Positions 36,401 through 46,611 of a stretch of 64,000 bases of DNA are shown here, piece by piece. The first letter of the stretch is position 1; each line of letters opens with the position of its first letter. The notes under the pieces are model-generated. The model ran no database searches. It saw only the letters and a list, made by a program, of their open reading frames with translations, and was not told the origin of the DNA. The position numbers and the translations under genes were made by a program. Location: positions 141,238,001-141,302,000 of the forward strand of contig NC_058368.1 of assembly GCF_018350175.1 (NCBI RefSeq), written 5' to 3'. The DNA is from Felis catus. Taxonomy: Eukaryota.

Positions 36401-39400
36401 ATCCAGTGTTGTAAGTGGTGTGTTAAAGTCCCCTGCAATTACCACATTCTTAACAATAAGGTTGCTTATGTTTGTGATTGTTTTATATACTTGGGGGCTC
36501 CGGTATTCGGCGCATAGACATTTATAATTGTTAGCTCTTCTTGATGGATAGACCCTATGATGATTATATAATGCCCTTCTTCATCCCTTGTTACAGCCTT
36601 TAATTTGAAGTGTAGTTTGTCTGATATAAGTATGGCTACTCCAGCTTTCTTTTGACTTCCAGTAGCATGATAGATAGTTCTCCATCCCCTCACTTTCAAT
36701 CTGAAGGTGTCGTCAGGTCTAAAAAGAGTCTCTTGTAGACAGCAGACAGATGGGTCTTGTTTTTTTATCCATTCGGATACCCTATGTCTTTTGGTTGGAG
36801 CATTTAGTCCATTTGCATGCAGTGTTGTTATTGAAAGATATGGGTTTAGAGTCATTGTGATGTCTGTAGGTTTCATGCTTGCAGTGATGTCTCTGGTACT
36901 TTGTGGTCCTTGCAACATTTCACTCACAGAGTCCCCCTTAGGATGTCTTGTAGGGCTGGTTTAGTGGTGATGAATTCCTTCAGTTTTTGTTTGTTTGGGA
37001 AGACCTTTATCTCTCCTTCTATTCTAAATGACAGACTTGCTGGATAAAGGATTCTCAGCTGCATGTTTTTTCTGTTCATCACTTTGAAGATTTCCTGCCA
37101 TTCCTTTCTGGCCTGCCAAGTTTCAGTAGAGAGATCCGTCACGAGTCTTATCGGTCTCCCTTTATATGTTAGAGCATGTTTATCCCTAGCTGCTTTCAGA
37201 ATTCTCTCTTTATCCTTGTATTTTGCCAGTTTCACTATGCTATGTCATGCAGAAGATCGATTCAAGTTACATCTGAAGGGAGTTCTCTGTGCCTCTTGGA
37301 TTTCATTGCCTTTTTCCTTCCCCAGTTCAGGGAAGTTCTCAGCTATGATTTCTTCAAGTACACCTTCAGCACCTTTCCCTCTCTCTTCCTCCTCTGGAAT
37401 CCCAATTATGCATACATTATTTCTTTTAATTATGTCACTTAGTTCTCTAAGTCTCCCCTCATACTCCTGGATTTTTTTATCTCTCTTTTTCTCAGCTTCT
37501 TCTTTTTCCATAATTTTATCTTCTAATTCACCTATTCTCTCCTCTGCCTCTTCAATCCAAGCTATGGTCGCCTCCCCTTTATTTTGCAGCTCATTTATAG
37601 CATTTTTTAGCTCCTCCTGACTGTTTCTTAGTCCTTTGATCTCTGTAGTAATAGATTCTCTGCTGTCCTCTATACTTTTTTCAAGCCCAGCAATTAATAT
37701 TATGAGTATTATTTTAAATTCATTTTCTGCTATATTGCTTAAATCATTTTTGATCAGTTCGTTAGCTGTCGCTACTTCTTGGAGTTTCTTTTGAGGAGAA
37801 TTCATCTGTTTCATCATTTTGGATAGTCCCTGGAGTGGCGGGTAACTGCAGGTCTCTTCCTCTGTGCTGTCTGGAGTAACTTGCGTTGGTGGGCAGGGCC
37901 GCAGTCAGACCTAATGTCTGCCCCCAGCCCGCTGCTGGGGCCATAGTCAGACTGGTGTGTACCTTATCTTCCCCTCTCCCATGGGCAGGACTCACTGTGG
38001 AGTGGTGTGGCCTCTGTCTGGGCTACTTGCACATTGCCAGTCTTGTGGTGCTGCTTTGATGGGCTCTGGCGTATTAGCCGGGGTGGATCCGCAAGGTACA
38101 CAGGGGTGGGAGGGGTAGGCTCAGCTCGCTTTGCCTTCGGTGGTCCACTTTGGGAGGGGCCCTGCGGCACTGGGAGGGAGGCAAACCTGTCCGATGGATC
38201 CACAGAAGCACAGCGTTGGGTGTTTGCGAGGTGCAAGCAAGTTCCCTGATGGGAACTGGTTCCCTTTGGGATTTTCACTGGGAGATGGGTGAGGGAGATG
38301 GCACTTCCCAGTGCCTTTGTTCCCCGCCAAGCTGAGCTCTGTCCTCCGGGGCTCAACAGCTCTCCCTCCTGCTCTCCAAGCAGAGCTGTTGACTTACAAC
38401 ATTCCAGATGTTAAGTCTCACTGGCTGTCAGGACACACTCCCTCTGGCCCCTCCACTTTTGCGAGCCAGACTTCGGGGGCTCTGTCTTGCCGGGGGGCTG
38501 CCCCTCTGCCACCCGGCTCCCTCCCGCCAGTCCCTGTAGCGCGCACCGCCTCTCCGCCCCTCCTACCCTCTTTCGTGGGCCTCTCAGCTATGCTTGGCTC
38601 CAGAGAGTCTGTTCTGCTAGTCTTTTGGTGGTTATCGGGGTAAATTAGGCAGATGTGGGTGGAATCTAAGCTATCAGCAGGATGCGGTGAGCCCAGCGTC
38701 CTCCTACACTACCGTCTTCCTTTAAGTCTGATCTCTTCTTTTGTCTTTTCACTCTATATTTCGTTATGTCTCTTCTGATCTTAATTTCCTTCCTTCTAAT
38801 AATTTTAGACTTAGTTTGTTTTTCTTTATCTAGTTCCTCAAGGTATGAAGTCAAGTTGCTTATTCAAGATCTTTCTTATTTTTTAATGTAGATGTTTATG
38901 AACCTGTCTTTTAGAAGTGCTTATGTTGAATCTCTTAAGTTTTGGTATTTTGTGTTTCATTTTAATTTGCCTCAAAATATTTTTTAACTCTTCTGTCTTT
39001 TTTTTTTTTTTTTTACTTTGACCCATTGGTTGTTCAGGGGAATGTTGGTTAATTTAGACATAATTGTGAATTTTCAAGTTGTTCTTGTAATTAACTTTTA
39101 GTTTCATAACATCGTGGTTAGTTGAGATACTTGATATGATTTAAGTTTTCTTCAATTTAGTAAGACTTGATTTGTGGCCTAATATATGATCTCTTGTGGA
39201 GAATGTTCTGTGTGTGCTTGAGAAGAATGTGTATTCTTTTGGATGGAATGTTTTGTAAATGTCTGTTAAGTCCCCCTGGTCTAACATGTTGTTTTAGTCC
39301 AGTATTTGCTTATTGACTTTCTGTCTCGGTGATCTATCCGTTGATGTGAGTGGGATATTAAAGTCTCCTACTATTATTATATTGCTGTTTCTCCCTTTTC

Positions 39401-39666
39401 ATCAGTTAATATTTGCTTTATATGTTAGGTGTTCCTATATTGGGTGTATAAATATTTACAAATGTTATGTCTTCTTGTTGGATTGACCCCTTTATCAGTA
39501 TATAATGACTTTCTTGGTCTCTTATTATAGTGTTTGTCTTAAATTCTATTTTGTCTGATATAAGAATAGCTACCCCAGCTTTCTTTTGGTTTCTGATTTG
39601 CATGGAATGTCTTTTTCTGTACCTTCACTTTCAGTCTGTGTGTGCCCTCAAAGCCAGTGAGTCTTG

Positions 39667-39880
39667 AGGCATCTGGGTGGCTCAGTCAGTTAAGCGTCCA
39701 ACTTCAGCTCAGGTCATGATCTCCTGGTTCGTGAGTTCAAGCCCCATGTTGGGCTATGTGCTGACAGCTCAGAGCTTGGCACCTGCTTCGGATTATGTGT
39801 TTCCCTCTCTTTCTGCCCGTCCCCCACTTGCACTCTGTCTCTTTTGCTTTCAAAAATAAACAAACATAAAAAAATTTTAA
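39667..39880 (+). mobile_element. Can-SINE
   Basis: TSD aaagccagtgagtcttg. Confidence 0.92.
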
Positions 39881-40853
39881 AAAGCCAGTGAGTCTTGTAG
39901 GCAGCATATGGTTGGGTCTTGTTTAACCATTTATCCATTCAGCCACTCTATGTCTTTTGATTGGAGAATTTAGTCCTTTGACATTTGAAGTAATTATTGA
40001 TAGGTATGGACTTATTGCCATATTAACAACTTAATATTGAAACCTCTACATTTTTACTCCCTCCTCCCCCATAATTTGTTTTTGAGGTCATGCTTTGCAT
40101 CTTTTTGTCTTGTGTATCCATTAGAAATTATTGTATTTATAGTTATTTTTACTAGTTATCTTTTTCAGCCTTCATACTACCTTTATAAGTAATTAACCCA
40201 CCACCTTAACAACATTGGATTATTTTGTATTTTACTGTATATTTATCTTTAACAAAGATTTACACTTTCATGTTTTTCTTTTATTAATTAGTTTCCTTTT
40301 GTTTCTTAAAGAAGTCCTTTTAACACCTCTTGTCAGGCTGGACTGGTGGTGATGAACTCCTTCAACTTTTTGTGGAAAGTTTTGTGGAAAACTTTTTTTC
40401 TTGAGTTTGAAGGACAGAAGGACCCCTTGTCTGGTGGATGATTCTTGGTTGATAGTCTTTTTTTCCCTTTCAGCGCCAAATTTGAATATATTATGCCAAT
40501 CCTTTTTGGTCTGCAAAGTTTCTGCGTGAAAATTAGCTGATAGTCTTATGGGGGTTACCTTGTACATAACAAGTTGCTCTTCTCTTGCTGCTTTTAATAC
40601 TTTATCCTTTTCTTTAACTTGCAACGATTTAATTATGTGTCTTGGTGTAAGTCTGTTTGGATTCGTCTTGTTTAGAACTCTCTGGACTTCCTGGATCTGG
40701 ATGTCTGTTTCCTTCTGTATGTTAGTGAAGTTTTCAGCTATTATTTCTTTGAATAAATTCTTGGCCCCTTTCCTTCTTTTTCTCCTGGTATCCCCTGTAT
40801 TGCAAATATTGATCCTCTTGATATCTAAGTCCCTTAAGCTATCGTAACTCTCG

Positions 40854-40885
<32 letters not shown>
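40854..40885. repeat. (GTT)n trinucleotide repeat within old L1 ORF1
   Basis: Direct reading. Confidence 0.98.
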
Positions 40886-40886
<1 letters not shown>

Positions 40887-42410
40887 TTGCTGCTCTGAGT
40901 GGATGAATTCCACTGCCCTGTCTTCAAGTTCCCTGATCCTTTCTTCCACTTCATCTAGTCTGCTCTTGAACCCCTCTATTGCATTTTTCAGTTTAGTTAT
41001 TGTAGTCCTCAGCTTTATGCTTTCTGTTTGGAGCTTTTTTATATTTTTTATCTCTTTGTTGAAATTCTCACTGTGTTCCTGCATTGTTATCCTCGCCTCA
41101 GTGAGCATATTTATGACCATTATTTTGACCAATATTTTGACCATTATTTTGAAGATGTGTATCACTTCTGTTTAATTAAAAATCTCTTTCTGAAGCTTTT
41201 TGCTCTTTTATTGGGAACACATTCCTTTATTTCTTCATCTTCCTTGACTCTGTGTTGGTTTCTGTACATTAAACAGCCACCTCTCTGTCTTGATAGAGTG
41301 GTGTCATGTAGGAGCTGAAACTTAACATTCTGTGCTGCCCTAGTTCTTGTGTGTCTCTCACACCTTTGTGATTGTCCAAACAGCTTACTTTGTTCTCGGT
41401 GGTTTCAGTAGTTGAGGGTGTGCCAAGACCTGTTAGTGTCCCAAAGACAAGGATCTTGGTCAGAAGAAAGATGCAAGCTGATTAGAAGAGTTGACTCTCA
41501 GGCAGCAACTTTTAAAGTATGCAATTCCTTTTATAGGGTAAGACTAAGAGATGGGAATTTTCTTGTACTGCCTCTGCACTGTGTCCTGGGGTGTGGGTAG
41601 GACAGGCAGACTGTTAAGAACTATTTCTCTGTTTGTTACAGTCTTAGAGGATCCGCAAAAATAAATCCCAGGAGCCATCAGACCTAAATGATCAAGGGGT
41701 GTCCCTTGGGTGACAGCCACAAAAACCAAGGTGCCATATATGTGCACAAGCTTCTTTCTGGATGATATCAGTAATGTGGGGCAGGACAGAGGGAGAGTGG
41801 AAAGATGGTGTCTGGCAGCCTCACCAGTCTCTGGAGACTGTTGCAGTCAGCTCCTAGATGTGTTTCAAATTAGAAGCCTGCCCCTCAGGCCAAAGCTTTT
41901 AAGATAAGCAAATGGGCCTCTTTCCCAGAAAAATTGGGTGATTGTAGTTTGCTGTCTTTGCCCTGGGCCTTAGATGTTAGCCATTTTAAGTCTGCCTGAG
42001 CACTTTAAGAGTGATTAGTTCTCTATGGCCTCATGGGTGCAAGCCCACTTGAATTACAAAACTAGATGTTTTGTGGATCCATCTTGTCAGTGGAAGTCTT
42101 AAAAATTGGGGTGCCAGATTTGGGGTTCAGAGTCTTCACAGAAATATGATGGAGATTGAGTTTCCTCCTGATTGTGTGCTGACCTACTAGGAGTGGGACT
42201 TATGGAAAGATTCTTTCCAGATTCTCCTACTCACTTTGATGTGAGGTTTTTTTTCCCCCTCATTTGCCTGATCTGTAGGAGTTGTTCAGCGTGTTTCTGG
42301 ATTTCTTTCAGAGTGGATTGTTTCATATGTAGTTGTAGATTTAGTGTGTCTATGGGAGGAGGTAAGTTCTGGAGTCTCCTATGTCACCTTCTTGAATCTA
42401 AAAATTCCCA

Positions 42411-43157
42411 TGATTATTTTTTTAGTTTCTACACTTATGAAAGTTGGGAAGAAAATATTAATCATACAGATTAAATTTAAATGCACATCATGTTTATAGC
42501 AGTTTCATTGTGGATAGCAGAAGAAATTGAAATACCCCTCCAGTATTCAGAAACTATTACATGATTCAACAGAGGAGTTGCTCACATCATTAACAAATGA
42601 GTGGCATTCCTCTGCATCTGTTAAATTGCCTTCATCTTACTGCTTTACGTAAGGGAAAATGACAACTCATATTCGTATGCAAACTCTACTACTCATTCAT
42701 CAGTTGAAACCATAGATAGGCTATTCATACAAGAGGTCAGCCAAAAGTCAACAGAAGCATTTTGTGAGAATCCATTGGGCTATATAAAATTTATGTTAAG
42801 AATTTTTTATGTTAGTATTATTTAGGAGTTGCTACACATCTTTTAAGTTGGCAGTTTTTTTTTTTCTTAAAGGGCCAGATGGTATGTATTTTAGGCCCTA
42901 CAGTCTCTGTACTAACTATTCAACTGTGCCATTGTAGCATGAAAGCAGCCATAATCCAATCATGATATATAAATAAGTGGGCAAGGCTATGTTAGAATAA
43001 AATTGTATTTACAAAACTGGGTAAAATTATATTTATGAAACCCATGGACCATAGTTTACTGACCTCTTTAATCAGTAATATTCACAGTAAACTTAGATAT
43101 GGATATCTATGCATTTTTCAATGAGCCAGTTGTTAAATCTTTACTAGCATGCCATCC
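42411..43157 (+). mobile_element. MER63-like element, right part (with nested MER58A)
   Basis: Continues the recalled MER63C/D consensus (ccagtattcagaaactatta, gcattttgtgagaatc) and ends gagccagttgttaaatctttactagca. Confidence 0.72.
42846..43068 (-). mobile_element. MER58A-like hAT-Charlie MITE
   Basis: aagggccagatggta..ttttaggc..actattcaactgtgccattgtagcatgaaagcagccata..atagtttactgacc. Confidence 0.8.
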
Positions 43158-43229
43158 AGTCCACAGCCCCCATTCTGAAGGACTCCCTGCAGTAGCTCAT
43201 CATCATCTAAAAAAAATTACAACACACCT

Positions 43230-43605
43230 TTCAGGAGCACATGAAGTGCCTGGTCGTCCTGTCTCTCTGCCTACTGCCTATGCGATTCACTGCCCTTCTG
43301 CTGTTCCAAACCAAGCTCTTTGTACTTCCCTCAACACACCAAGACTTTCCATCCCTCTGGACACTGTACCGTTCCATCTGTCTTGCCTACTTTTCATTCC
43401 CCCTGTCCTCCCAGGGAACCCTTGCTCACCTGACCCAGGTTATGTTTCTCTGTGATTTTCCCTGACCACTCGCTCCTCCTTTCCTCTACGTAGTATATCT
43501 AGCACTTCCCACGCTGGACCCAGCTTATCAAGGGCAACATCATGTCTCAGTGACCTGCATACCCATCTTCTACTGATGGTACTGAATGCAGTAAATATTT
43601 GATCA
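43230..43605 (+). mobile_element. L2 3' fragment
   Basis: Pyrimidine-rich decayed sequence ending cagtaaatatttg. Confidence 0.5.
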
Positions 43606-43654
43606 GTAGAGCTTGTTGAGAATCTTCTTATTTTAATAATAAGATGTATCATGT

Positions 43655-43845
43655 ATTGAACATTTTGTGTCCCTTACTCTGCAAGTGCTTTTCATACATT
43701 AACTCCTGTCATCCTCACTGCACCTACATCAGGTAGATATTATGATCCCCATTCTACAAATGAAGAAACTGGGGCTTGAAGTGGTTAAGAAACCTGTCCA
43801 GGTTTCACATTGGTCATATGTGGCAGAGCCAGGATTCAAATTCTA
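43655..43845. mobile_element. MIR
   Basis: ccccattctacaaatgaagaaactgggg..gagccaggattcaaa. Confidence 0.85.
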
Positions 43846-43872
43846 AGTAGTTAGCATATACAAAAGAGATTA

Positions 43873-44281
43873 GAGGAGCTCCTGGGTAGCTCAGTCAGTT
43901 AAGCGTCCAACTCTTGATTTTGGATCAGGTCATGATCTCACAGTTCATCAGTTTAAGCTCCAAATCAGGCTCTGCATTGACAGTGCAAGGCCTGCTTAGG
44001 ATTCTCTCTCTCTCCCTCTCTTTCTGTCCCTCCCCTGCTCATACTATCTCTCTCTCAAAAATAAATAAACATTAAAAAGAGAAATTATAAAAGAAGTATT
44101 GGCGGGGGCAGGGTGGCGCCTGGGTGGCTGAGTCAGTTGAGTGTCCGACTTCAGCTCAGGTCGTGATCTCACAGTTCGTGGGTCTGAACCCCGCATGGGG
44201 CTCTGCTGACAGCTCAGAGCCTGGAGCCTGCTTCGGATTCTGTGTCTCCCTCTCTCTCTCTTCCCCTCCCCCACTTGTGCG

Positions 44282-44333
<52 letters not shown>

Positions 44334-44350
44334 AATAAACATTAAAAAAT
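43873..44350 (+). mobile_element. Two tandem Can-SINEs (~43873-44080 and ~44112-44350)
   Basis: Two heads, two (CT)n tracts, two aaaataaa tails. Confidence 0.9.
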
Positions 44351-45053
44351 AAGTGTTAGGTACATGTCTGAGCAGTCCCACGAGAGAAAGGGTACCCTTA
44401 CTTGGGAAGCTGGGCAACAACTTAATGGAGAAGGTGCAGACTGAGGTGAGATAGAATTTATCCTTAGAGAAGAATCCCATGCACAAGCAAAAAGGTAATC
44501 AGAGACGGGAGAAGCAAAAATGGTTGGACTTGGCTTGATCCTTTAATGTCTTTTACCGTGAGGGAGATTGAGGTGAGGGTGAATTTGGGGTGCAGCTGCC
44601 CACATGCCTGCCTGCCTTTGCCGAGATTCCTCTGTCTGTACCCTCTGGAAGGTGTGTCAGGGTCCAGAGCCATCCTAATGGGTGTTTGGACTGGAGTAAA
44701 TTCTATGTACACCCTCCTGCCATCCAACTTCCATCTACTGATGAAATCAAGTTTATATGTGCGTTTGATCTGCCATGGGAGGAAGTTACAGCAGGCATTT
44801 TGGGGGGTAGAATGCTAAGAGGGTGATGTAGCAAATTGTAGAGGAGTTGTGGGCCTCTCTTTAGAAAATCTGGAGTGTCAGACCTCTGCTGCTTGTTAAG
44901 GCCATTGGAGCCCCTCATTCCATGACTGGGTGGTCACTAGGTATGCAGTAGTATACATTGCATTTGTGAGTTATAACTGCAGCATGTAAAAATTTATCTT
45001 TCTGTTGCATTTTGGAGGTATGTAGCCAATCAAAACTTAAAACCCAACCATAG

Positions 45054-45357
45054 TGGGACGCCTAACTGGCTTACTTGATAGAGTACATGGCTCTTGATCT
45101 CAGGGTTGTGAGTTCAAGCCCCACATTGGGACTAGAGCTTACTTTTAAAAACAACATGGGGCACCTGGGTGGCTCAGTTGATTGAGTGTCCAACTCTTGA
45201 TTTTGGCTCAGGTCATGATCCCAGAGTTGTGAGATCGAGTCCCTCTTCGGGCTCCATACTAAGCGTGCAGCCTGCTTAAGATTCCTCTCTCCCTCCTCTC
45301 TCTGTCTCTCTCTCTCTCTCTGTCTCAAAAAACAAAACAAAACAAAACAAAACAAAT
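45054..45357 (+). mobile_element. Short tRNA-derived SINE monomer with a Can-SINE inserted in its tail
   Basis: Head 45054-45150, second head at 45158, (CAAAA)n tail, flanking ..ccatagt repeats. Confidence 0.82.
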
Positions 45358-46256
45358 TTAACACCACCCATAGTAATTCAAGCATCTTTGCTGAAGGGAC
45401 CTGTTGTTTCCATTGTAGTCAGAGCAGTGTTCATCTCAGAGGATTTTATTCAAACTTCTGGGCCTTCACTTATGTGATCCCTTATTTTCAAGAACAAAAT
45501 TCCAGTAAGGATGGGCTCCTCCAGTGCCATTGCTGGAAAAAGAAAGGAAGAGGAGGAATAATTTTGAGAGGCTTCTATTAAACTTGCTCTGCTCCAGTCA
45601 GTAGAAATTTGTCTCTTGAAGTCAACTTCTTGCCCGGTTTTCCTGAAGACAGAGGTTCTGGTTGGGATTTCAGAGGCAAGCTGTAGGAGACTGAAGAAAG
45701 AAGCAATTTACTCCTCTTTTTCATGACAATTCTTTACCTAAACCCAGAATTACCACGTAAGGAGTGGGTTAAATGATATTTTTCCTTATCATCTTAATCA
45801 AACAAGTTGGCTGTAGAATGGTACGCTGAACAGGTGAGGCATCTGTACCTGGGAGTAAAAAGGAAGAAGGCAAAGGGCTTGGGCTCAGCTGGTGCCGTTC
45901 ATTCTTCCAGTGCTTGTTTACCTTTCATTCTGAGCATGAACCAGAACTACGGTCCAACACAGAGAAACCACAGGCGCAGCCTGCTTTCAGATGGCTTTGA
46001 GTCTAGTAGAGTTTTTGTGAAAAGCTTTTAGATCATTAGAACTGTCAAAAGGAATTGAAGTCCTAATTATAGAGCGTTGGCCCTGGAGTTCTAAAAGAAG
46101 TAAAAGGCAGTTTCATAATAAGCAGGTTATACTCCGTAAGGAGTTCTACCATGGAAATCCCCGTGGGAGGACCAGTTACATCTGTCCACTGGTTCTGGAG
46201 AGCAACAGCACCCATAAGCTCTTGTGCTAAAAGATGAGGAATATGAAAGGCTAATG

Positions 46257-46432
46257 CAGTGGTTCTCAGCCCTGGCTGCATACTGAAATTACCTGGCGGG
46301 TTAAAAAAAACAGCACAGTGGTTCCTGGGCCCCAGGGGCTCTGATGGAACGGGTCTAGGGTAGAAGCTGGGCATGAGCACTTCTAAGAGCCCCCCAGGAG
46401 ATGTCAGCGTACCGTCACGGTCAAGAACCACA
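46257..46432. mobile_element. MER5-family hAT MITE
   Basis: Terminal inverted repeats cagtggttctc ... aagaaccac. Confidence 0.75.
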
Positions 46433-46578
46433 AGGCTACAGAGTGAAGCGTCTGAGTTTTTTGGATCTGCCCTGATGGGTTAGATTAGTATTGGGAAGTT
46501 TCCTGCTGAACATTATAGAAGGACAGGAGTATGGTTTGACCAAAGAACCACAAAAGGGTAAGCACATGGAAGGATGGG

Positions 46579-46606
<28 letters not shown>
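46579..46606. repeat. (TG)n microsatellite
   Basis: Direct reading. Confidence 0.98.

Positions 46607-46611
<5 letters not shown>

Larger units (their letters stand above)
32407..38720 (-). mobile_element. Young full-length felid LINE-1 (inactive): 5'UTR, ORF1 37817-36924, ORF2 ~36855-32846, 3'UTR/poly(A)
   Basis: Recognisable ORF1p, endonuclease (CCLQET, GDFNTPL, SDH) and RT remnants. CpG-rich 5'UTR. 14-nt TSD tgatctcttctttt at 32393-32406 and 38729-38742. ORF2 is frameshifted and SINE-interrupted. Confidence 0.96.
27361..42397 (-). mobile_element. Old 5'-complete LINE-1 (heavily decayed) hosting many nested insertions
   Basis: Poly(A) and 3'UTR at 27361. ORF2 remnants (28477-30126, 32061-32400, 38730-39960), ORF1 remnants (40268-41165) and an L1-like 5' start near 42394 are colinear across the interruptions. 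Confidence 0.85.

Noticed and set aside
38311..38643. + strand ORF in the L1 5'UTR (ORF0-like?)
   Set aside because: Non-ATG start in GC-rich sequence where such ORFs arise by chance. No supporting homology.
40839..41165. ORF with poly-Q (and overlapping poly-N) tract
   Set aside because: Decayed L1 ORF1 with a (CAA)n expansion, no evidence of a domesticated gene.
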